DNA of 64,000 nucleotides. It comes from Perna viridis. Lineage: Eukaryota. A program made the position numbers and the translations under genes. Location of the stretch: assembly GCA_037379345.1 (NCBI GenBank), contig CM074516.1, positions 5,890,001 to 5,954,000 on the forward strand, read 5' to 3'. Of this stretch, positions 51,856 to 63,345 are shown in pieces. The first letter of the stretch is position 1, and every line of letters starts with the position of its first letter. The notes beneath the pieces were generated by a model. The model made no database searches and had not been told where the DNA came from. It saw nothing but the letters and a program-made list of their open reading frames with translations.

Positions 51856-52292
51856 GTATGTCTTATTTACAATTGCTTTCAGATTTTAGAATTTTCACCT
51901 CTCTCCATCAACAGGTGACAAATGCTGCTTTTACAATGCTTGTTTTATCAATTTGACTTCTGACCTCTTTCTATAGCTTACTTCATTAACTTTGATTTTT
52001 TTCATATTTTCATTTCATGAAAATGTTGAAGAAAAAGATGATAAATTCTAAAAGTGAAATATCTAGACAACCATTTTGTTGTTAAAAATGAAAATGTGAA
52101 GAAAAAAATTGTCTGCAAGTACGGTTCCAATATGATACTTCGTGAGAAAGTTTTCATATCTTCATTTTTTAATCATGATAATGTTGTCAAAATGTTTAAT
52201 TTTTGTGATTTTTTTATCTCTTTTCCCATTTGAAATATTGAGTAATTCTTAAACTCATTAAAATAATTTATTTTTATGTCATTATCATACTT

Positions 52293-52641
52293 AGTTCATG
52301 ACTTTATTGGTTGTGGCTGCAAGAATGACTTAATGTAATGAAAAGAAAATTTTTATTCTTTTCAATTGTTGGTCATGATATGTGTAAGAATGTGTAGAAC
52401 TTGATATAAAAGATAAAAAAAATGCTAATATATCATTTCCTAGCATTGTTCTTGTCAAAAAAAAAAATCTTTCCCTTGAGACATCCACTTTTCTTGAAGC
52501 CACATCTTTTATATGTAGTTCTGGACGTTATTACATGCATCATGACCAAGAATTGAAAAGAGTAAAAATCTTCTTTTCTTTACATAAAAGAGACATTTTC
52601 TAGCAGTCAGTCTTGAAGCCACAACCAAAAAGTCATGAACT
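52293..52641. mobile_element. Foldback element, ~350 bp
   Basis: agttcatgactttattggttgtggctgcaaga / tcttgaagccacaaccaaaaagtcatgaact; ttttcaattgttggtcatgat / atcatgaccaagaattgaaaa; tataaaagat / atcttttata. Confidence 0.75.
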
Positions 52642-55600
52642 CTAGGAAAAATAAGCTGATAAACATCTGGTGCCAGATGGTTCCATTAGTGACATTGACA
52701 ATAAAAACTTATCATAGATGTTTGAAAGATGGCATTGGCATCCCCATCATTTAAAACACTTAAGAGACTAATTTCAATACATTATGGAACTGTAGACCAC
52801 ATGCATCTCCAACTGCGAGAATTCTACTTTTGTCATTTGGGTAGACCTCTTTTGAACTCTTTGTCTTTTGGAATGTGAACCTGATGTATGACTGCTGTTT
52901 AACAAGATACATTTTCCTTTGAATGCATTGGCTAAAGGTTTGACAATAATTACTGAAATTCCAACTATCAGTGCATTCAGTGCTGTCATAAAGAGCTTTT
53001 CATGTAATGGTGGCATTTTCTTTTGGATCATGAAGCTTGAAATTAGCTGTGTTGTAAGACAAGTTCTTTTTGGCCCTCACTTTAGACTTGTGTTAAGTTG
53101 CTGGAGTATATGGAGGCAATTTTTTTCGTTGTACCTGTGTAAAATGTTGTTCTGGGGACAACCACAGCCTGTCCAGTGGTGTGAGGGTTTTCTTATTGTT
53201 CAATAATGACCCATAGATGGCCTTGAGCTGACATTTTTCATCTCGGTGGGACTGTGGTGTCTTTGACATATTCACCATACTTATTCTCCTTTAATATATT
53301 GCTATAAGTTACTTCATAGGAATTAGTTTCATGCACTGGACTTAGTTTTTACTAATAATGCTTCTATGAGAAAACCACTGTGGTAGCTGTCCAGTATCTG
53401 GTATCTTACCTTATATCTCTCTCATAGCAGCATTTTTTAAGAAATTTTAATGAAAAAAGAAACTGCTTTTACTACATTTTTGGTCTCAAAATATCACTGA
53501 AAATAATCCCAATGCAGCAGTCTCCTTGTTTCATTTGTTTAAAAAGATAGACAGTGAAATTTACTTAGCAAAACACAAAAAATAAAAAATAAAATGATAA
53601 ACAGATAACAGACAAGAAATCAAGGAAAGGCATGCAAGACATACCCCCTATTAAAATGGTGAACATTTCATAAAACCCCCCCCCCCCCCAAAAAAAAAAA
53701 AAAAAAAAATTCACGCTTTGCTTCAATCGGCCTATAGTTTAACATTCAGCCCCTAGCCCAAAAACCTAGACCCATCCCTTGAGAAAATTCAATGCTGAGT
53801 CTCACAACAGTGAGAAAAATGAGTAAGAAGTAAAGATATAGTAACTGGCACTATCTTTTCACATTTGCTGTTTTCTTGGCAAAAATAATGAAGATTATTA
53901 TATTTTACGACAGTTACATGATACTGTTTTGAGTCTTAATAATTTTCAATTATGCTTTCTTAGGCATAAAATGTAATCTTTGGTAACTGATAGATTTTGG
54001 CCTTAATTCTAAAGACAGTGATGATATTTTATGATGAACTGTAGCATTTTATGGATGGTTTTAATTAACTGAAAAGCCTGTTTCTTAGATATTTTATTGC
54101 ATTTGGAAATTCCAAATGGTAGGTTATTTTAACTTTAGTTTTGCTGCAAGGATAGAATCTATGATGCAGTTTAATAGCAAGTAAACATGTGCTTCTGAAA
54201 GATTCTTTGATGTGAAGTTTTCAGTAGGATGGAGGACTTAAGTACCGTTGTGAGTAAGAATCAGGCAAGGAGTGGCACATCATATTTCTCAATTTGGTCT
54301 TTTTTGCCTCAAATATATTCACATACATCTTGAAAACAACTGAAAAGCTATTCCAATTTGTCCTGAAGTATTGGTGATGTAGATATTTTTTGACTGCTTA
54401 TATAAGGAAAAAGTTAGGGAAAATTTTCCTGCCATTATTCCATAGTGCATTTCAACTAAATTTGAACTATCAATATCTTAAAAAGGCAAACTTTACAAAC
54501 ACTTTGACAGTAATTTATTGATGTTGTGAGGTATAAATACTTGGATAATGCAATAAAATCTCTGTATTTTTACTTCATGTGCCACACCTTATACACATTT
54601 TAACTGATTCTTAGATGGAGAAGTACTTACATAAGGAAGTTTTTATTTTGCCAGAGTATTTTTTTTTCTATTTGATCTAAAGAAATTGTAAATTTGTGCT
54701 GATAAGTGAGTAATACATTAATGGTATGGCCTAAATTGAAAACCAAAACAAAAAACATAAAAAAATAAACTTAATAAATATTATCTACACAGCAATGGAA
54801 CAAGTAAATGAATCATTTCTAAAAATTGGTGTTAGAATTTTCCCTGTAAAGATAATGTTTCCAGAAAAAGGAGGGGTTGGGTAAAAAGAACACCCCATAA
54901 CACTGTATCATAAAAATCTACTTTGAAGATACAATTGTATCTGCAAGACATGTAATAAATTTGCAGTTTAGCAAATAAGTTCTTAATATCTTTTGAGATA
55001 TGGTGTCAGAGTTTTCCCTGAATGGCTGTAAAATTAAGTAAATTTCACTTTAAGAACATGATATGTATATTGCTTCCTTGAGACCATTTCCAGGCAAATT
55101 AGGAATCGAAACCAAAAAACCTTCAGAAACCAATTGCTTTCAAGTAATAAATAATACCATGGTAGATAAAGTGGAAGGGGAATTTTTTTTCCTTCCACTT
55201 CAGTATCCCCAACGGATTATATTGATTTGTGTGTACTTCTATTTATGATGTTCCGTGCATCAATATCTTTCCTATTTAGAGGTTTTTATCCACATTATTC
55301 CTTTGTCTAACGACTTCATCATTATTCAAATCAGCTTGGATATTTTGTTATTAGAGTGAAGTCTTGGACTGAGTTTTGAAGTTTGAGCTGTCTTTACAAA
55401 TGGAATTTTTTTATTGATGACATTTGGTTTTATCTAACAAGTTTATTATTCTAATACTGAAGAAGAAGATTATTTTTTCTATTTATTGTGAGACTTCTAA
55501 TGGGTCATGATTGTCCCAAGAAACTGAAAATTAAAGTAGTGGCTTTATGAAAGAAATATTTCAAGGACACACTTTTATCCAGAGGAAAAAAAAATGTGAA

Positions 55601-56904
55601 CACTTTGTAAATTTGAGCTGTGAAACAACTTTGAAATACAAGTTTTTTGTGGAAGAAAGTTTCCTTTTAGAGCTGGTGCTTGTGCTTGTGCTTGCTTTTT
55701 AATTGCAAAAATTATAATTCAAAACTACTGGTATTCTGTTTAAAAAGAAGTGTTTCTGAAGGATCGTTTTAATAAATTAAAACTGAAGTTTAATTTCAAA
55801 TCTCAGAAATGGAATAAATGGGAAATGGAGGTGCAGCAACAAATTTTGACTCATTTTAACATAATATTTCTGAGCAACAATTTAGAGTGATATTTTCTTT
55901 TTAAGCAATAAAACTACACCTTAGATCCTGCTGCTTTGAACAGACTGCGCAAATTATACAGACTTGAAGATGAGCATTTAAATATCTCAGTGATTGTTAA
56001 TTTGTATTTTTATCAAATTGAAAACATGTGTGGGTCATGTCTTTAGCTAATTACTATAGCATGTGCTTTAAAACTCAATGTTCAGAGTAGTGAGTTCTGG
56101 AATATAAAAATTCTGATTAAATTAGTTCCTGGAGGCTTATGAAGAGCTTTTTATGATTCAGCTATTATTGGTTCAAACAAAATGGATTAGTGTTGGCTTG
56201 TTTGATTTGATGTGTTTGTATTCACTGTAAAAAGTTCAATGTTGATTTTTTCCTAAGTGGATTTATTTGGTTTAAAGTAAAGTGTTAAGTGTTTGCATTG
56301 TTGGCGTAAAGTGTTGATTGTTTACTTTACCTGTGCATTAATAAATATTAGTTTATTATAAAGATTTTGAGAAAAATAAAATGATATTTCTTTGGCATCC
56401 AAGTGTATGATTTAATTGGATAATACTTTGAACTGAAATCAAGTGGATAAAAATATTGTACAATGAAATTATTTAAAATCAACAACAATCTTAAAGTGCA
56501 TTAATTTATGGCTTTAAATTGGTGAGAAAGGTTTTTTTTTATGTTTAATTATCGATGATTTATTGGAAGAATATTTTTCATACATTAACAACATCTGCAC
56601 GTGTAAAATTGATGCAATATATTTGATTCACACAGCATTACCTTAAAATATATGTTGGACTTCAAAGGTAATCTGTCTTTGAAGGCATAAATGTATTTTT
56701 TTGTGCAACATTTTGTACTATTTGTATGAAATAATACATATTTTATACACATCTATATATGGACTTAGGATATGAATTATTTTTGATGTGCTTTGACAAA
56801 ACATTAACATGTTACTGCACTTGAAACAGATGACTTAATGAATTATTGCTTTGAAAAAGCAAGTTTTTATGGACATTGAGAATTTAGGAAATTAAGAAGT
56901 GATA

Positions 56905-56982
56905 ATGGGAACGTCTTCGAGTACTTTGGAAAGTCCAAATATAGACATTCACAATGTTTTTAATGATCAGTATCGAATCAAG
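56905..56982 (+). CDS. Candidate alternative first coding exon of the navigator gene: MGTSSSTLESPNIDIHNVFNDQYRIK
   Basis: ATG with A at -3 and G at +4, 26 open codons, and AAG|gtaaga donor in phase 0, matching the CH exon acceptor 3.1 kb downstream. MGxxxS motif; three CpGs retained within the exon. Confidence 0.6.
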
Positions 56983-57243
56983 GTAAGATCTATGGTTTTT
57001 TTTCTCATTCTATTTTAGCATTTTGATGTACCAGTAATTCAGTCAAAGGAAAAAGGGGGTTGGATGGTTCTAGTTGATTAGATTTATGTTTTATAATGAG
57101 AATGTAAGGGTAACTTATTTTGAAATTGATTCAACAGGTAACTGATTAAATCTCCTCGATAATAAGCAATAAAAATGTGCTTGATACATTGTAAGTTTTA
57201 AAGCAGAAATCTTTGTATCCTCAGCAACAAGGCTGTAAATGTA

Positions 57244-57505
57244 CATTGAATCCTGTTTAAACAAAAGTCCTGAAATGAAGGCTTGATCAGTTAAAGCATT
57301 TGACTTTTATAAAAATATGTGGTTTGCATAGGTTTCTGGTCAATTCAGGGTTTATTTTAGACAGGTTGCTGGTTTATTCTGAGTTTGGTTTAGACATGTT
57401 TCTGGTTTATTCAGGATCTGGTTTGCACAGGTTTCTGGTTTATTCAGGATTTGGTTTAGACAAGTTTCTGGTTTATTCAGGATTTGGTTTAGACAGGTTT
57501 CACTG
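57244..57505. mobile_element. TA-flanked CAGT...ACTG MITE with an internal 33-bp tandem array (~5-6 units)
   Basis: ta|cattgaatcctgtttaaac ... gtttagacaggtttcactg|ta; array ggtttagacaggtttctggtttattcaggattt at ~57321-57500. Confidence 0.75.
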
Positions 57506-60085
57506 TATCACTTATATTATAACATTGATTCAATCAAATTCAGGAAATGATGTCCTGAGAAAGAGCATCTTTAATGGATATTTACTGTGGCTGTCTTGTC
57601 TCTTATTTTCAAGGTATTGGAGGAATATTATCCAGAACATTGTCTGTGATTCTAAAGTGACTCTATTGAAGTGTTTTCCCATGCTATTTGAGAACAATAT
57701 TATTTTATTACTTTAAATAATACTTAAATGTGCATTCAGTAATTTCTGATTGGCAGGATATTGTGCATTTATAGCAAACATACAGTTAATTGAATCTTCT
57801 ATGCATTTAGCTTGTTAGCCCCACATACATTTAGCTTTAGCGATTATGGTATTCAGGTAGCTGGTTTGAAGTGTAAATGATGCAATTAGGCACAGGTGTA
57901 ACTGCAAAACTTGTTTAAACTGTTATTGTAGAGTGCTTGATTGATTGAATTATTTTAAGCCTCTGTCAAGCTGTTTGCATATTGTTAATGCATTTACAAG
58001 GTATTATTGCAAAAGTTATGTAATAAAGTAAAGGAAGCTTTCTATGAAAAGATGTATTATTGTGTTTTTGAGAGGATTTTGGTGAAAATATTATGTAACA
58101 TTGGAAGTCAGGCTTTTGCAAACTAGTCTCCCATGGAAGTAGGTGATAATACCTATTACAGCCAATTTACTATGACTTTCTCTTAAAAATGATTCTTCTG
58201 CCAAGTGTTTTTCTTCTTGTAAATGAGTGTTAGGGTTATCTTGGTACTATGTAATCTAAAGTTAGGATTTGGTGTGGAATCATCTGACTTGAGTCCTTAA
58301 GTGGCTTTTTTGATTTATGAATAATTATTTTGTGGTCATTCATTGAAGAAGTCATTTTGCATCTCCAGTATTGCACTCATTCCTTTTTACTCACTTTAAT
58401 GTTTGTTGTTTGTCTGACACTCCATTCCTGGACTCCAATCTTATGTTCTATGCTAAGGCCCTGTAAGGTACATTGTGCCTACAAACACTAAATCTTAGAA
58501 GGTGTTGTCAATTTTCACCTGTCCTTATTTGGAAAAGTACTTTCGTAATCTATGAATTCACTTTGGCTACATTAAACCTAATCAGTTTTTGAATTGTTAT
58601 ATAATTGACATGTTGCGTAACAAGGAAAAACTATAATTACCTATCCGCTTCCTCTGGAAGTAGAAATGACAAAAAGATGAATACAAAATAAGCCAAAATC
58701 AGCAAAAGTTGTTTGTGGTATCAAAATCAGTTGAATATTTGTAGAAAATTTCTATAATAATGTGTAGTCTCAGTAAATTGGCTGTAATATTAATTGTGTT
58801 ATAAATTATGAAATATTGCAAGTAGGCTGTTGCTAAGCTTAGCAAAACCTTTTGTATTTGTTAATTCTCCTGTAACAGGAGGGATGCTGAGATGCATGTT
58901 CAATGCAAATTAGGAATTGCTTAAATTATGCATAAACATAGAGGGGGGCTGTTGAATGCATTTTATCTATTCAACATAGAAAAGGGAAGACTTGTATCAT
59001 TAAATTTCAAGGATTTTTAAAGAAAATTTAATATTTCAAATATTGGAAAGGAAGAAATGTTTAAATTAAAAAAACAAGTTTTTGCCAACTTTTAAGAAAA
59101 TTAAACAGACAGTATTTTAAGGTGATTGGCAGTTCACTGCTTGAAAGAGAATGGCCTATTAAGAAGGTAATAGTACAGGTAAAGTCCATTTGAACTGTCA
59201 TAAAAAAGTTCTTTTATCCATTATTTTGGAAAAAAAAACAGGCACTCTTTGTCTTTTGAATAATAATATTTCAAGCAATATTTCATTACCCAGAGATGAT
59301 AAAGATTGTTATCTCCCTTTATCTTGTCTAGAGATAAACACAAGGTTCTGGCAAATGTCAGAGATGGTTCCATGGAATTGATACTAGTGATGCTTTTTAT
59401 AGAGTATTTTGTTGAGATATGGAGTCATTTCTGTATCTACTGAATGCTGACCTTTTCTTGTTTAGAACCAAGTTGTTAACAATATTGAAGTGAACTGGTC
59501 ACAGTGTTATGAATGAGGTTTTAGGGTTGACTGGAGGGCAATTGAAGTTGGAATCCATTGCCCCATTTTTGCAAATAGATTAAGTGAGAGGTGTCAAAAA
59601 TTGCCCAAATAAGAATAAAGGAATGATTTTGTAAGACTTAAGTTCATCAACTTCAGTTTCTCAAGCTTCCAATAACTTTCCGCAGTCTAGATTTTGCACA
59701 ATTTTCTGCATTTGATCAGCCACTGAGTTGAACAAATACTACTGTTTCTTCTAAGTTTTGGGCACAAAAGTTCAAAACATCTGTGTTACCACTCAACACA
59801 AGGCACTCTCTCTATTGCTTTCTATTAGAATGATGGTGGTTACCTCTTCTGTGTTGTCTAAACCAAAGTCTGTGAAAGGTTGTATATATGACCAGAGACT
59901 CCCTCATTTTGAATGAATCAGTTTATTACCCCCATACTCACCCCCAATACATTTTTGTGCTTGCAGTTACATTTGTATTCAGTTATTTGAAGGTTTCATT
60001 CTTTTAAGGTACATGTAAGCATATCTTACAAGAACAATGTGTCCACTGTAAGTTTGGATTATGCAATATTTTTTTTCTATTTCAG

Positions 60086-60203
60086 ATCTATACAGATTGG
60101 GCTAACCATTACTTAGAAAAAGCCAGAAACAAACGATTTATTAGTGATCTCCAACAAGATGTCTCCGATGGTGTCCTCTTAGCTGATGTAATAGAGGCAG
60201 TCA
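60086..60203 (+). CDS. NAV2: Internal coding exon of a neuron navigator (NAV/UNC-53/sickie family), N-terminal half of the calponin-homology domain; phase 0 start, phase 1 end
   Basis: Acceptor ttttttttctatttcag| ends at 60085 and donor |gtaagt starts at 60204. The open frame IYTDWANHYLEKARNKRFISDLQQDVSDGVLLADVIEAV matches the navigator CH signature IYTDWANHYL..K....I.DLQQD..DGVLLA.II. The vertebrate paralogue number is only nominal for an invertebrate gene. Confidence 0.95.
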
Positions 60204-60436
60204 GTAAGTAGTCTATTTATAGTAACAGTTACATTACCATATCCCTCCCCAAAATGATTCCAATGGGGTCATCTAAGCTGATTTCACAGAGGTCTATTCA
60301 TAGTTACAGTTACATTACCACATCCCTCGCCAAAATGTATCCAAGGGTATCCTCTTAGCTGATGCCTTAGAGGTAGTCAGTAAGTAACCTATTTATAGTA
60401 CATTGTAACAATTATGTACCACATATCTCCCAACAG
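60147..60436 (+). repeat. Degenerate tandem triplication (~94-bp unit) spanning the 3' half of the CH exon and its donor
   Basis: Units start at 60147, 60241 and 60322, with a partial at 60425. tcctcttagctgatg...agagg.agtcagtaagta..ctatttatagta recurs. Confidence 0.85.
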
Positions 60437-60549
60437 TTTTTGAGTTAACATCATAGAATCATTATGTTTTGATGTAGTCTATAATCAGCAAACATTCTGA
60501 TATTGTCTCTCATAGCTACAAATGTATGTAGTTTTGAGTTCAGATGGTA

Positions 60550-60748
60550 CAGTGAAATCTATCTAAATGGAACCCAGATTAGTTAGAATTAGAAAAACAG
60601 TCTAAACCAGACACTTTTTTAACTCCCTTTAAATTAATTTAAACATACTTTTAACCCTGGTAAATCAATCACCTGTCTTAACCAACCACCTGTCTAAACT
60701 GAACAAATGTTAAGTCCAAAAGGGGTTTGGTTTAGACAGGCTTCACTG
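60550..60748. mobile_element. TA-flanked CAGT...ACTG MITE, opposite orientation to 40871
   Basis: ta|cagtgaaatctatctaaa ... tttagacaggcttcactg|ta; the interior is the reverse complement of the 40871 body. Confidence 0.8.
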
Positions 60749-62068
60749 TATTTTAAAGTGCAACCTAGATTTAAAGGTAACCTCTACATGGTCTATTAAT
60801 GCCACTGCCTTGACCTTAAATGACCTCCAGGTTTTTACAGATAATTAGATTAATTAGTTGACTATTAATCAGATAATGTCAGTTGTTTACATGCCGCATA
60901 AATCATACATTGACAGGTACACAAGTCAACTACAATATCTGCCTCTAGCATAGGATGTTGTACAAAGTTCACTTTTCAGACCATCATTCGATTACTGTTC
61001 TGTATTTTTCTTTGTTGTTATGAATTTTTTTGTGGTTTTTCAAGTTATGTTAGTTTATGGAGTCTTGAATTTGAAAATATTAATGAAGTGCCTCTAGTTT
61101 TAGTTTAAAAAAAAATTCACCATATTTGTTGAGAATTTTAATTCCTTGATTGATGGGAATCTTGAATTCCACTTAATATTTCCCAAAACTGACAATAAAT
61201 CTTTCACAGTAACTGTAGTATTAAATAAAGTCTATATATAATGTTAAAAATGGAGGATACATTTATATTAAGTATTTTTTGTTGGATCACTGCTTTACTG
61301 CAAATAGTGGAGAGTTTGTTTGGAATCAGTTTGTTCTGAGTTTAGTTGCTTTTTATATATATAGTTGACATGTCTTTCTTCATACAGACCACTGCTTCAG
61401 TTATTTTATTTTCCTTTTTTTTTTTTTAAATGGATTATCTTCTTATACAGGTGTCAATCATGTAATTACAAAAAAAAGTTCTTTAAGGGTATTTTTGCCA
61501 AAATAGTGCAAGAAAATTTTCGAATTTTCCATTAAGGTTGGATGAGGTGATTTCTTCTTCCAGAACCCCTCCCCAATAAAAGGGTATATTTATCAAATTA
61601 TGTAAACTACAATCAGTCAAAATCACTCAACCAAAGATACTATACCAAGCTTGGAGTGATAAACAACTTGTTAATATACTAAGACTTATATTCCTGATGA
61701 TACTTATCTTTAAAAGCCATACATGCAACACTATTGACAGGATTTGTATCAAATCAATTAAACAATATCCACTTTCTGAAAACTTTCAGTTGTTTCTTAT
61801 GTATTACAATTAAGTCAGAATCTGAGAACAGAAGTGATTTAACATGGCTTCATGTAACATGTAATGTCCAGAGAAATTGACAGTGTCTTTTTCATATAAT
61901 TTGTTAATTGTTTTCTTTGTTGAGGATTGATTTTGTTGTTGGTGATCAGAAGCAAAGCTTTATCTCTCCAAAGATGAGGTTATGTTGTCTGGTAAAAGTG
62001 TGAAACCCATTTACTGTCATGTATCATTTCTACAGGAAGTGACGAAGTTTGATATTAAGTTCATTCTG

Positions 62069-62209
62069 AGTTTGAAGGTACTTCTATGATAGGCTGGTGG
62101 TTAGTTTGAAGGTACTTCTATGATAGGCTGGTGGTTAGTTTGAAGGTACTTCTATGATAGGCTGGTGGTTAGTTTGAAGGTACTTCTATGATAGGCTGGT
62201 GGTTAGTTT
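62069..62209. repeat. Perfect tandem repeat, 34 bp x4
   Basis: Unit agtttgaaggtacttctatgataggctggtggtt. Confidence 0.95.
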
Positions 62210-62789
62210 CATTCATTATACTGATATGGATATTGTATGGCTGGCTTTTACCACAAGCTTATAGTTCTTTATTTCCTTTATAAAAGATTCTTCAAATATT
62301 TTTTTTGTTCTGTTTAAGAGTGGAAAGAAGTTATAATGACAGAAGTTATTTTGCAGTTTTTGTTCATGCAGATCTTAATTTCTGAAGATTTGCAGCTTGT
62401 AAAAAAAATCACTCTTTTCATATAATCAAGGTAAGGTCCCAAATACCCATATTATCTATCTTCTTGATAAGTCACTTAGTCCAAAGGTTCACAGGGGTAG
62501 AATTAAAAAAAATATCCAACTGCTCAAGTAGACATTACTCAGTTTGCTGAAACTCAACATTGACTTGCCCTTATGATATGTTGAACAGAAAAAAAACCCA
62601 TCAAAACTCAGGTTGCCTATTGGACAAGCTCTGTTTGACTTTGCCTTGCCCATCATGACATTTGCCACCTGTGGGAAAGTGGGAGAGTATGTATGTCGTC
62701 ACTTTGGGTCACGTGCAGGTCATCATGATTTGGCCTATGATTATATATACAACCAATAATGAAATGTATTAGAGCTACATTGCTTACAA

Positions 62790-63075
62790 TTATTTAAAAA
62801 AATGACTCTTACATTTTTTCGGTCTATTTGAAATAACCTCAATGCCCATGGTTCACACTTCTGCTATGGAGGTTATTTAGAGTGCATCATATGATTGAGG
62901 GTATTTCTTCATAGACCGAAAAAATACAATTATCATTTCTTATAATTTAAAGAGTAAATCAACAAAAAGAGTTGATGATATCACAGTCACATAACAAAAT
63001 TTACTTTGGTCTATAAGATGATGGACATATTTTTTTATCCAATCAGAAAGCGTGTTACATCTGAAATTAAATTAT
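62790..63075. mobile_element. Non-autonomous repeat with an internal ~110-bp hairpin (Crypton-like end motif, tentative)
   Basis: Inverted repeat 62814-62924 (tttttcggtctat..gaaata.cctcaat / attgagggtatttc..atagaccgaaaaa); ccaatcagaaagcgtgttacat...aattaaattat end. Confidence 0.4.
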
Positions 63076-63130
63076 TTCAATATGACAAAAAATGTACAAT
63101 GACTTCTAAAAGGTTTTGCAATTGGCCTCA

Positions 63131-63345
63131 TATGCACTATGGCTTAGGCAAGCGATTAAGGCTCCTTTAGACAACTTGTATTTGGTATTTTGTCCTTGTC
63201 CTTGTATGCACTATGGCCTTGGCAAGTGATTAAGGCTCCTTTAGACCTGTTGTATATGGTGTTTAAAGGTTTTGTCCTTGGCTTGATTTGCACTATGGCC
63301 TAGGCAAGTGATTACTGCTTCTTCGGGCCTCTTATGTATGGTGTA
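63131..63345. repeat. Degenerate tandem repeat, ~75-83 bp x3
   Basis: tgcactatggc.t.ggcaag.gatta occurs three times. Confidence 0.85.

Noticed and set aside
52774-53278. Cluster of overlapping 60-95-aa ORFs on both strands
   Set aside because: No recognisable motif or splice structure. It could be a decayed coding fragment, but needs tBLASTn or HMM searches.
57300-57716. 138-aa ORF with LVYSGFGLDRF repeats (similarly 3043-3225)
   Set aside because: It is the translation of the MITE-internal tandem array.
61430-62080. Acceptors at 61450 and 62055 as the next navigator exon
   Set aside because: Phase-1 translation gives no CH-like sequence or an early stop; the next exon probably lies beyond the window.
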